The translations under genes and the position numbers were made by a program. A DNA stretch of 17,214 bases. Source: Planctomycetota bacterium. GTDB lineage: Bacteria > Planctomycetota > Brocadiia > Brocadiales > Brocadiaceae. Below are positions 1 to 7,232 of the stretch, piece after piece. The stretch lies in the NCBI GenBank assembly GCA_030837315.1, contig JAUPKS010000083.1:1-17214 (forward strand), written 5' to 3'. Below the pieces are notes generated by a model. That model was given only the letters and a program-made list of their open reading frames with translations, was not told the DNA's origin and searched no databases. Each line of letters begins with the position of its first letter. Position 1 is the first letter of the stretch.

Positions 1-599
1 TCGAAGCTGAATCGCCATACGCTCATACCAAACAGATGGGAGAAGAAGTGGTGAAATCATTTACTAAATACACTCCGGATTTCAAATCTGTTTTGCTCCG
101 CTATTTTAATCCTGCTGGCGCTCATCCAAGTGCAAAAATCGGTGAACTACCGCTAGGACCTCCTACAAGCCTGGTGCCTGTGATTACCCGGACCGCCGCA
201 GGACTTATCCCTAAAATGTACGTCCACGGCAGTGATTATGAAACCAGAGACGGCTCCTGCATCAGAGATTACATACACGTCAGCGACATTGCAGATGCGC
301 ACATTAAAGCGCTTGATTTTGTGCTAAAGGGTAAAAATCTTGAGGCTTGCAGCTTATTCAACCTTGGTACTGGAAATGGCATTACTGTTTTTGAAGCAAT
401 CAAATCCTTTGAGAAAGTATCAGGGAAAAAGCTGAATCACGAGGTCGGACCAAAAAGAATCGGGGATGTGATAGCAATTTATGCCAATAATGATCTTGCG
501 AGGAAGGAACTAGGCTGGCAACCTAAGTACGGATTAGACGACATGATGATTTCTGCCTGGAAATGGCAGCAGACCATTTCAACAATTACAGCAAAATAG
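1..599 (+). CDS. galE: UDP-glucose 4-epimerase, C-terminal fragment (5' end lies outside the window; reading frame starts at nt 3)
   Basis: The frame is open from nt 3 (EAESPYAHTKQMGEEVV), so the ATG at 36 is internal. It shows the SDR YxxxK region (SPYahTK), then RYFNPAGAHPSAKIGE and the C-terminal GWQPKY, typical of GalE. Stop at 597-599. Confidence 0.85.
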   Translation, partial: EAESPYAHTKQMGEEVVKSFTKYTPDFKSVLLRYFNPAGAHPSAKIGELPLGPPTSLVPVITRTAAGLIPKMYVHGSDYETRDGSCIRDYIHVSDIADAHIKALDFVLKGKNLEACSLFNLGTGNGITVFEAIKSFEKVSGKKLNHEVGPKRIGDVIAIYANNDLARKELGWQPKYGLDDMMISAWKWQQTISTITAK

Positions 600-1014
600 T
601 TTACAGAATAAAAAATGGAGAAGAGATTTAAATTTAAAAGCCTTAATGCCTACTCATCGGATGCATGAATAGCTAATTCCACTAGACTTTGCAGGAAAGT
701 TTTTGACAAGGTAGTAACCGAGTACATCCGTTATGAGCTTGCTTTGTTCAACAAAACTAAGGTTGGTACATCAGGTTCTTCATTTCCCGCTTGGTTATGG
801 ACTATTTATCCTGCAAATATTTAAATAGCCACATCTATCCATGAAAAGAGCTACACCATCTGTGATAGAACCTATTTTTTGTCAGAAACAACCTCTAGAG
901 ATCTACCAGATAAGTTACGATAGCTCAAATAAAAAAAATCTAAACCAGCAGCTAACTTCGAAGAATGAATCAAGTTATCAACGCATTATTATAAGGAAAT
1001 TAATAAAACAAAAG

Positions 1015-1410
1015 TTATCGTTTTGTCCATTGGAAGCTCTTTCTTGCGCCTTTTTGACCATATTTTTTCCGCTCTTTCATTCTGCTATCTCGTGTTAAAA
1101 AACCGCCTTCACGCAAGCTTTCAACAAGGGATGGATTGGATTTGAAGAGTGCACGCGCAATCCCAAGGGATATCGCACCAGCCTGACCAGTTATGCCGCC
1201 TCCTTTAACATTCACTAATACATCAAATTCCCCTAAAGTTTTAGTAGCTTTCATGGGCAATCGTATGATACCTTTATCTCTATCGACAGGAAAATAACTA
1301 TCTAAATCCTTGTCGTTGACTACGATCTTCCCATTTCCCTTTTTTATCCTTACCCTTGCTATAGATGATTTGCGTCTTCCTGTACCCAATATATATAGTT
1401 CTGCAGTCAC
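1015..1410 (-). CDS. rpsI: 30S ribosomal protein S9
   Basis: 131 aa. GTGRRKSSIARVRI near the N-terminus and a C-terminal basic tail ending in KR. GTG start preceded by AAGGGAGAG. Lies 15 nt downstream of the rplM stop, the conserved rplM-rpsI order. Confidence 0.95.
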   Translation of the reverse strand: MTAELYILGTGRRKSSIARVRIKKGNGKIVVNDKDLDSYFPVDRDKGIIRLPMKATKTLGEFDVLVNVKGGGITGQAGAISLGIARALFKSNPSLVESLREGGFLTRDSRMKERKKYGQKGARKSFQWTKR

Positions 1411-1425
1411 GTTTCTCTCCCTTAA

Positions 1426-1860
1426 TTAATTGCGAATAATCAGTTCTTTTGGTTGTTGCGCTTGATGCGGATGCTCAGCACCCTCATAAATCTTTAATTT
1501 TTTTATCATGGCCTTTCCCAGCCTTGATCTGGGTAACATTCGTTTGACCGACCGGTTGAATACCTTTTCTGGCGCAGTTTCTAAAGTTTTTCCAACCATT
1601 CGCTTTCTTAAACCACCTTGAAAGCCTGTTACATAATAGTGAATCTTTTCCTGCATCTTTTTTCCCGTAAGTTTTACTTTGCTAGCATTCGTAATGATAA
1701 CAAAATCACCCACGTCAACATGGGGCGTATATTCAGGTTTATGCTTACCTTGAAGGACCCTGGAAACGGTAGTTAACATTCTTCCCAAGACCATATTTTT
1801 GGCATCTACTATATACCAATTCCTTTTCACACCTTCTTTTTTAGCCATGAAAGTATTCAT
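1426..1860 (-). CDS. rplM: 50S ribosomal protein L13
   Basis: 144 aa. N-terminal KRNWYIVDAKNMVLGR signature of L13. AAGGA sits 8 nt upstream of the ATG. Confidence 0.95.
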   Translation of the reverse strand: MNTFMAKKEGVKRNWYIVDAKNMVLGRMLTTVSRVLQGKHKPEYTPHVDVGDFVIITNASKVKLTGKKMQEKIHYYVTGFQGGLRKRMVGKTLETAPEKVFNRSVKRMLPRSRLGKAMIKKLKIYEGAEHPHQAQQPKELIIRN

Positions 1861-1887
1861 TAAATGTATCCTTAAACAGTGAAAATC

Positions 1888-1922
1888 AAAAAGCGCCTTA
1901 CCATTAATATAAGGCGCTTTTT
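1888..1922 (-). terminator. Strong rho-independent-type hairpin (13-bp stem, 9-nt loop) followed on the minus strand by UUUUUGAUUUUC
   Basis: AAAAAGCGCCTTA (1888-1900) pairs perfectly with TAAGGCGCTTTTT (1910-1922). It lies 47 nt downstream of the small Cys-rich ORF stop and 27 nt upstream of the rplM start codon. Confidence 0.65.
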
Positions 1923-1958
1923 GGATTTACAAACCATTAAAATAAAAAGAAGCGATTT

Positions 1959-1988
1959 ATCATACTGAGTTATTTCTTACAGTTGCAA
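1959..1988 (-). promoter_or_regulatory. Candidate sigma70-type promoter TTGCAA-18 nt-TATGAT for rplM-rpsI
   Basis: Read on the minus strand, TTGCAA is at 1988-1983 and TATGAT at 1964-1959. It overlaps the last codons of the small Cys-rich ORF and lies upstream of the 1888-1922 hairpin. Motif match only. Confidence 0.3.
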
Positions 1989-2140
1989 ACCTTGGATTTT
2001 CCTGAGCAATGGCTACAGGGGCATCCTTCACACTCGCAGGCACCAGCGACTGCAGATGTGATAAGCGTTGATACATTTGCTACACCAATACCGAACATAA
2101 GCGTACCAAAAATCATTAATGAGATATATATTTTTCTCAT
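1970..2140 (-). CDS. Small (56 aa) hydrophobic-leader, cysteine-rich peptide: MRKIYISLMIFGTLMFGIGVANVSTLITSAVAGACECEGCPCSHCSGKSKVCNCKK
   Basis: Absent from the ORF track, probably because it is under the size cutoff. ATG at 2140 is preceded by GAGGAG 9 nt upstream. Basic N-terminus, about 30 hydrophobic residues, then 7 Cys in the last 22 residues (CxCxxCxCxxC-x6-CxC). Flanked by a candidate promoter (2249-2277) and a strong terminator (1888-1922). Confidence 0.55.
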   Translation of the reverse strand: MRKIYISLMIFGTLMFGIGVANVSTLITSAVAGACECEGCPCSHCSGKSKVCNCKK

Positions 2141-2248
2141 CTATATCAACTCCTCGTCATAAAACAATGCACTAAAATTAAACTTTAACTATTATCAGCA
2201 AGCTCACTACTAACATTTCTCTATAAAATAATAAACAAGGGTGGCGTA

Positions 2249-2277
2249 AATATATCAAAACATATCATCATTGTCAA
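2249..2277 (-). promoter_or_regulatory. Candidate sigma70-type promoter TTGACA-17 nt-TATATT driving the small Cys-rich ORF
   Basis: Minus strand: TTGACA at 2277-2272 and TATATT at 2254-2249, exact 17-nt spacer, about 100 nt upstream of the ATG at 2140. Confidence 0.35.
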
Positions 2278-2303
2278 TCAGATTTTTATTGTGTAGATTT
2301 TGA

Positions 2304-2332
2304 TTGACATAGTAACACATTATTATTAATAT
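2304..2332 (+). promoter_or_regulatory. Candidate sigma70-type promoter TTGACA-17 nt-TAATAT driving the FabZ-like gene
   Basis: Plus strand: TTGACA at 2304-2309 and TAATAT at 2327-2332, exact 17-nt spacer, about 80 nt upstream of the ATG at 2411. Its -35 is the inverted-repeat partner of the minus-strand -35 at 2272-2277. Confidence 0.4.
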
Positions 2333-2410
2333 GAAACGAAGAACTTCAATGTCATTTAAACAGTAATGTAGATTACTCACTTCTACAAGAAACTCTCTTG
2401 ATATGTTGTT

Positions 2411-2884
2411 ATGCCACAAGACATCCTGATCGATTTAAGTAGCTTGGATTTAAATAAGCCAACTATAGATATTGAGGCTGTTCGTGCCGTAATACCTCAC
2501 CGATATGAGATGGAACAATTGAACGGTATCATAAAATTCGACCCAGAACATAAGGTTATCGTGGGTTATAAAGATGTCTCAAATAGTGAATTTTGGGTGC
2601 GGGGGCACATCCCGGGTCGCCCTTTGATGCCGGGGGTAGTTATGCTCGAAGCCGCTGCACAGCTGTGTACCTATTATTACAAAAAAACCACTTTGGATGA
2701 TCGATTCCTTGGGTTCGGAGGTATTGATAAAGTTAAATTCCGCGGAAAGGTCATACCAGGCGACAAACTCATTCTTATCGCTAAAAACAAAGAGTTGCGT
2801 TCAAGAAGAGCTATCTTTGATACCCAAGGTGTGGTAAATGGTAACCTCGTATTTGAAGGGGTCATTATTGGGATGGTGGTGTGA
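2411..2884 (+). CDS. FabZ/FabA-family hot-dog fold 3-hydroxyacyl-ACP dehydratase paralog (157 aa)
   Basis: IPHRYEMEQL followed by the catalytic His/Glu motif GHIPGRPLMPGVVMLEAAAQL. An in-frame TGA at 2399-2401 fixes the ATG at 2411 as the only start. This is the second FabZ-like gene in the window. Confidence 0.8.
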   Translation: MPQDILIDLSSLDLNKPTIDIEAVRAVIPHRYEMEQLNGIIKFDPEHKVIVGYKDVSNSEFWVRGHIPGRPLMPGVVMLEAAAQLCTYYYKKTTLDDRFLGFGGIDKVKFRGKVIPGDKLILIAKNKELRSRRAIFDTQGVVNGNLVFEGVIIGMVV

Positions 2885-2935
2885 TCGGCGTGTGTGTAAG
2901 AATTAGGTAATTTGTGAGCAGTTCGCGATCCTTAA

Positions 2936-3640
2936 TTAAAGCATATCTTTAATATGCTTGATAGAATAATCAGGTTTGATGTATTTGTGTGGCTCTCTCA
3001 GGTACGCCTCGTAATGCCTTCCATGTTCAAACATTACCGTAGTTATTCCCAAAGACTTACCGGCAGTTAATTCATCATCAATCTTGTCTCCTATGCACAT
3101 AATTTCTTCTGGTTTTAAATTATATCGGCGCATAACTTCTTGAAAACAGCCCTTTTTTATCTGGCTACCATTTCTATCTGCAACGAAAATGTCGTCGAAG
3201 TAACCACCATTTAAACCGAGCACATTGATCTTTTTGCCTTGTATTTCTTTCTCCCCGGAGGTAACAAGGATTAGCTTGTAACCTTGTACCTTAAGTTGTA
3301 TCAGAGTGTCCGTTACGTCTGGAAAGAGGGAAATGTTGGAGATGTCTATATGAATAAATTCTTCCAACAATTCCTTGATATATGAATTTGGAAGATTGTA
3401 AAGCGCTACAATTTTTTCATAAATATCAACAATGGTTCCATACTTTTTCTCAATTTCCATCTGCAGGGTATATGCTTCCTCTTCTGAGCAGTTTATTATC
3501 TTGGCAATATTTTTGGCTACCTGCCTTCGACCCTGTAAAACGAGCGTACCACTACAATCATAAAGTGTATCATCCAAGTCAAAGATGATGGCCTTAATAT
3601 TTTTAGAATCTTTTATCATACCTTTATGCCTTAGAAGCAC
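2936..3640 (-). CDS. HAD-superfamily hydrolase (phosphatase or phosphomutase type, subfamily IA-like)
   Basis: Motif I IFDLDDTLYD (DxDxT), motif II LVTSG, motif IV GDKIDDE. The GTG at 3640 is the longest start; the ATG at 3619 (MIKDSK...) is an alternative. Confidence 0.8.
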   Translation of the reverse strand: MLLRHKGMIKDSKNIKAIIFDLDDTLYDCSGTLVLQGRRQVAKNIAKIINCSEEEAYTLQMEIEKKYGTIVDIYEKIVALYNLPNSYIKELLEEFIHIDISNISLFPDVTDTLIQLKVQGYKLILVTSGEKEIQGKKINVLGLNGGYFDDIFVADRNGSQIKKGCFQEVMRRYNLKPEEIMCIGDKIDDELTAGKSLGITTVMFEHGRHYEAYLREPHKYIKPDYSIKHIKDML

Positions 3641-3718
3641 TGAATAATCAGTTTTTCAGTAATAGGGGGGATGGCGGTAACAAACTAAATGAAATCACGT
3701 GCAATTAAACGTCCACCT

Positions 3719-5416
3719 CTATCGTATATAGGCTTCAGTGACATATCGGCGCATCATGCGATGGGTATTAAAATAATAGGCAACTTTGCCAATAGAATTT
3801 TTCATGATCTTTATCCATTGGCCTCTGTCCTTGTAATACATCGGGATAATAATGTTTTCCAGTTTGTTATATAAATCCTCGGCATCTGTAGTATCATTAA
3901 CGCTTATTAGTGAGGATTCTAGTGGTTTAGGGCCAATAGACCATCCGGTTATTCCCTCCATGTGCCCCTCGATCCACCACCCATCCAAGATACTAAAATT
4001 AACAATACCATTGTGTGCTGCTTTCATGCCACTGGTACCCGATGCCTCCCGCGGTCGCAATGGCGTGTTGAGCCAAATATCTACTCCTGAAACTAATCGT
4101 AAGGCCATTTCCATATTATAATTTTTTAAAAATACGACTTTGATTTTATCGTTAAATATTTTTGTAAAATCAACGATTCTTTTTATGATTTCTTTCCCCG
4201 GGATATCTTTTGGATGTGCCTTTCCTGCATAAATAATCTGAAACGTCCCTTCTTCACTCATTTTTAAAAACCGTTCAAGGTTTGAAAATAGTAAATCTGC
4301 CCTCTTGTAAGAAGTAAATCTCCTGGCAAACCCAATGGTTAACACATCTGGATTTAGCTCTACACCAGCAATCTTTTTTACGTAATCGACTAAGTCGTAT
4401 TTAGCGCGGAGATGTGCCTCCCACAACTCTCCATCTGGAATAATTTCAGAGCGAACAAATAACTCAGGTTCGTTAGCCCAGCCAGGGATATATTTATCGT
4501 ATAATTGTTTAAAACTGTCACATGTCCAAGTAAAAGAATGGACACCATTGGTAATGGCATTAATTTCATAGCCGGGAAACAAATTTTTGGATACTTCACC
4601 GTGCTTTTTGGCAACACCGTTAACATATTTACTCAGATTTAACGCAAGAAGTGTCATATTGAGATAATGTTCCCCGCCAAGCCTTTTCAATAGCTCTAAT
4701 GGAACAATCTCCCCAAGAACTCCCTTTACGAGATCATAGGAAAACCGGTCATGACCAGCCTCGATGGGGGTATGGGTTGTGAATACACACAAGCCTTTCA
4801 CCTTATCAGTATCCCATATCCATCGTTCGTCCCAAACACTTTCAACGTCTCTCTTGTACATCAAGAGCAGTTCGAGTGTCAATAGGCTGGCGTGCCCTTC
4901 GTTCATATGGTACTTTTTGATATGCAATCCAAGAGTATGAAGTATACGCACTCCGCCAATACCAAGTACGATCTCCTGCTTCAGTCGATAATGCACATCA
5001 CCGCCGTACAAAATGGCAGTGATTTCCCGATCTTCTGTTGCATTTTCCGCAACATCAGTGTCGAGATAGAACACATCCACTTCTCCGCCAGTAACGCTTT
5101 TCACCTTATAGCACCACGCCTGAATGTAAACATTGCGTCCTTCTATTTGAACCACAACCTTTTCAGGAAGGCACACCATAAACCTGGATGGATCCCAATC
5201 CACAGAATATTCAATTTGCCTTCCATCACCATCAATATCCTGGCGAAAGTAGCCCTTTTTTGATAATAGGGTAACGGCAACAAGTGGTACTTTAAGATCC
5301 GCACCTGATTTTATAGTGTCTCCTGCCAGGACACCAAGTCCACCACTATAGGTTGGAATATCGTTAGACAAACCAATTTCCATGGAAAAATAGGCAATCT
5401 TTGCTTCGTTATTCAT
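3719..5416 (-). CDS. glgP: Alpha-glucan (glycogen/maltodextrin) phosphorylase, short GT35 form (565 aa)
   Basis: N-terminal AYFSMEIGL...YSGGLGVLAGD and the PLP-lysine region REASGTSGMKAAHNG, both characteristic of the alpha-glucan phosphorylase family. Confidence 0.9.
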   Translation of the reverse strand: MNNEAKIAYFSMEIGLSNDIPTYSGGLGVLAGDTIKSGADLKVPLVAVTLLSKKGYFRQDIDGDGRQIEYSVDWDPSRFMVCLPEKVVVQIEGRNVYIQAWCYKVKSVTGGEVDVFYLDTDVAENATEDREITAILYGGDVHYRLKQEIVLGIGGVRILHTLGLHIKKYHMNEGHASLLTLELLLMYKRDVESVWDERWIWDTDKVKGLCVFTTHTPIEAGHDRFSYDLVKGVLGEIVPLELLKRLGGEHYLNMTLLALNLSKYVNGVAKKHGEVSKNLFPGYEINAITNGVHSFTWTCDSFKQLYDKYIPGWANEPELFVRSEIIPDGELWEAHLRAKYDLVDYVKKIAGVELNPDVLTIGFARRFTSYKRADLLFSNLERFLKMSEEGTFQIIYAGKAHPKDIPGKEIIKRIVDFTKIFNDKIKVVFLKNYNMEMALRLVSGVDIWLNTPLRPREASGTSGMKAAHNGIVNFSILDGWWIEGHMEGITGWSIGPKPLESSLISVNDTTDAEDLYNKLENIIIPMYYKDRGQWIKIMKNSIGKVAYYFNTHRMMRRYVTEAYIR

Positions 5417-5490
5417 TGGTAATTTATAGATTATTCGTGGTGTATTGATTAAATTCGGTTTTCCTAAAACTCCAAAACGTACACTTATAT

Positions 5491-6924
5491 TTACATATGT
5501 ATGGGTCTATCAACCACCGCATGGGCAGCCTCCAGAATAGCCTCAGAAAGAGTAGGGTGAGGAAAAATAGTATTAAGCAATTCGTGAGCCGTTCCTTCCA
5601 AAATAGTAGCAAGCGACATACCCCACATTAATTCACCTACGTTAGGCCCAATAGCGTGCACTCCCAGTATCTCCCCATATTTATCATCCGTAACAATCTT
5701 TATAAATCCATCTTCATATTCACCATCAATAATTGCCTTACTATTTGCAATAAGGGGAAATTTTCCTACCCGTGTTTTGTAATTTCTTTTTTCCGCCTCC
5801 TCCTGAGTAAGTCCCATACTACCTACCTGCGGAAGGCAATACGTTACTCCAGGTATGTTCTGGTAATTTATTGGGGTGGTCTCTTTGCCGGCAATATGAG
5901 AAACGGCAAGCAGACCTTCATTCGATGCCTTATGAGCAAGGAGGGGAGGGCCTGTAATATCACCAATGGCAAAAAGCCCTGCTTTGTCAGTTTCCATAAC
6001 CTCATTGGTTTGAAGATATTTTCCTTTGAAACTTAGTGATAATTTTTCAATTCCAATGTCAGATAACGCAGGCTTTCTGCTTAAGGCGAGAAGTAAATGA
6101 TCGGCTTCTATAAATTCTTTATTTCCGTTTGCGATAGGGGATTGAGGTGCATTATTTTTTCTTTTTATCTCCACACGAACGCCATTATCTATTATGACCT
6201 TTTCTAAAGAGGTGTTTGTCTGGATATCGATACCTCTTTTGTTAAATATTTTACGCAAAGTGGCACTAATTTCTTTATCCTCTGCGGGAAGGACATCCTC
6301 CAAGAGTTCAATAATGGTTACCTTCGTTCCCAAGACATTAAAGAGGTGCGCGAATTCCGTTCCAACAGCACCGCCGCCCGCTATAATAATGGATTTTGGG
6401 ATTTCTTCCCACACTAATATATCGTCACTGGTAAGCACATATTTCCCATCATGAGGAATACTATCGGGAATGAGGGGAACGGAACCCGTAGCCAATATAA
6501 CATTTTTTGCAGTTATTTTGCCAACGTCCGTTCCATTTTTTTTTATTACGACACCCCCCGATGATGTGAGTTCTCCTTCACCTAAAAAAAGTTCTACACC
6601 ATTTTTCTTCAGAAGAAATTGTGTTCCTTGAAATAATCGATCAACTACAGCCTCTTTCCGTCTATGAAACTGGGGATAATTAATACTTACTTTATCAACA
6701 ACAATTCCAAATTCTCTTGCCCTTAGGAACCTCATGTAAAGATCTGATGAATGGAGGAGTACCTTCGTTGGGATACAACCCCAATGCAAACATGTACCGC
6801 CAACCTTGCCCTTTTCAATAAGAGCAGTCCTCATTCCTGACTGGGCGGCTTTTATTGCTGCAACATAACCGCCTGGCCCACCACCAATGATTATAAGATC
6901 AAAGGCAGAGATTCTCTCAGGCAA
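5491..6924 (-). CDS. lpdA: Dihydrolipoyl dehydrogenase (E3 component)
   Basis: FAD fold DLIIIGGGPGGYVAA, redox disulfide GGTCLHWGCIPTK, NAD fold IIAGGGAVGTEF, C-terminal HPHPTLSEA. The only possible start is the TTG at 6924 because the preceding codon is a stop. GGAGG sits 5 nt upstream. Confidence 0.92.
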   Translation of the reverse strand: MPERISAFDLIIIGGGPGGYVAAIKAAQSGMRTALIEKGKVGGTCLHWGCIPTKVLLHSSDLYMRFLRAREFGIVVDKVSINYPQFHRRKEAVVDRLFQGTQFLLKKNGVELFLGEGELTSSGGVVIKKNGTDVGKITAKNVILATGSVPLIPDSIPHDGKYVLTSDDILVWEEIPKSIIIAGGGAVGTEFAHLFNVLGTKVTIIELLEDVLPAEDKEISATLRKIFNKRGIDIQTNTSLEKVIIDNGVRVEIKRKNNAPQSPIANGNKEFIEADHLLLALSRKPALSDIGIEKLSLSFKGKYLQTNEVMETDKAGLFAIGDITGPPLLAHKASNEGLLAVSHIAGKETTPINYQNIPGVTYCLPQVGSMGLTQEEAEKRNYKTRVGKFPLIANSKAIIDGEYEDGFIKIVTDDKYGEILGVHAIGPNVGELMWGMSLATILEGTAHELLNTIFPHPTLSEAILEAAHAVVDRPIHM

Positions 6925-7053
6925 TTATCCCTCCTTTTTCCATGTAAACAGGATAACAAATATAAGTGCAATGGCAATGACCATAATTGCCTTTGGGCTA
7001 ATATCAGGGATAATTGATTTTTCCATAGAAAGGGATAACAATTTGCCTATCAT
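6925..7053 (-). CDS. Small (42 aa) single-pass membrane peptide, MIGKLLSLSMEKSIIPDISPKAIMVIAIALIFVILFTWKKEG, translationally coupled to lpdA
   Basis: Absent from the ORF track. The ATG at 7053 is preceded by AAGGAGGTG (10-nt spacer). It has one hydrophobic segment (AIMVIAIALIFVILF). Its TAA stop (6925-6927) abuts the lpdA TTG start, and its last codons (AAG GAG GGA) form the lpdA SD. Confidence 0.5.
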   Translation of the reverse strand: MIGKLLSLSMEKSIIPDISPKAIMVIAIALIFVILFTWKKEG

Positions 7054-7158
7054 ACTATTTTCACCTCCTTTAGAAATAAAAAATTTACTTACAAAGATCA
7101 ACTACCTAAACGATATCTATCACAACAAGATTTCCACCACACATGAAATTTACAATAT

Positions 7159-7196
7159 AAAGGCACATCAGAATCTATATATTTTGATGTGCCTTT
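7159..7196 (-). terminator. Hairpin terminator candidate closing the six-gene lipid operon
   Basis: A 12-bp perfect stem, AAAGGCACATCA (7159-7170) with TGATGTGCCTTT (7185-7196), and a 14-nt loop. It begins 36 nt downstream of the radical SAM stop. The minus-strand tail is UUUAUAUUGUAAAUUU, U-rich but not a clean U-run. Confidence 0.5.
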
Positions 7197-7232
7197 AAGG
7201 TATCTGTTATCAGGATATATAATTTATTTGCG

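Noticed and set aside
841-1098. 85-aa plus-strand ORF in the galE-rpsI spacer
   Set aside because: It has low-complexity, Lys/Ser/Ile-rich composition and no SD, and its last 84 nt run antisense through the rpsI 3' end. No motif was recognised, so it is most likely a chance ORF in AT-rich DNA.
1970-2140. Haem-binding (CxxCH) or SCIFF-type reading of the Cys-rich peptide
   Set aside because: No CxxCH is present (the spacing is CxC and CxxC followed by Pro). SCIFF peptides, as I recall them, lack a long hydrophobic N-terminal segment and sit next to their radical SAM maturase, which is not the case here.
2677-3874. Small ORFs 2677-2865 (minus), 3382-3588 (plus) and 3689-3874 (plus)
   Set aside because: They run antisense to the FabZ-like, HAD and glgP genes respectively, and have no signals or motifs.
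3852-5263. ORFs inside glgP: 3852-4121 and 4892-5263 (both antisense) and 4390-4626 (same strand, alternate frame)
   Set aside because: All are fully nested within a well-supported GT35 phosphorylase gene, with no motifs and no ribosome-binding sites. They are typical shadow ORFs.
5424-6454. ORFs overlapping lpdA: 5424-5612 (same strand, alternate frame) and 5656-6036 and 6194-6454 (both antisense)
   Set aside because: They are nested in or overlap the strongly supported lpdA frame and have biased hydrophobic or low-complexity translations. These are shadow ORFs.
6887-7198. 103-aa plus-strand ORF across the lpdA start, the micro-ORF and the operon terminator
   Set aside because: It runs antisense to two better-supported minus-strand features, passes through the terminator hairpin, and has no SD or motif.
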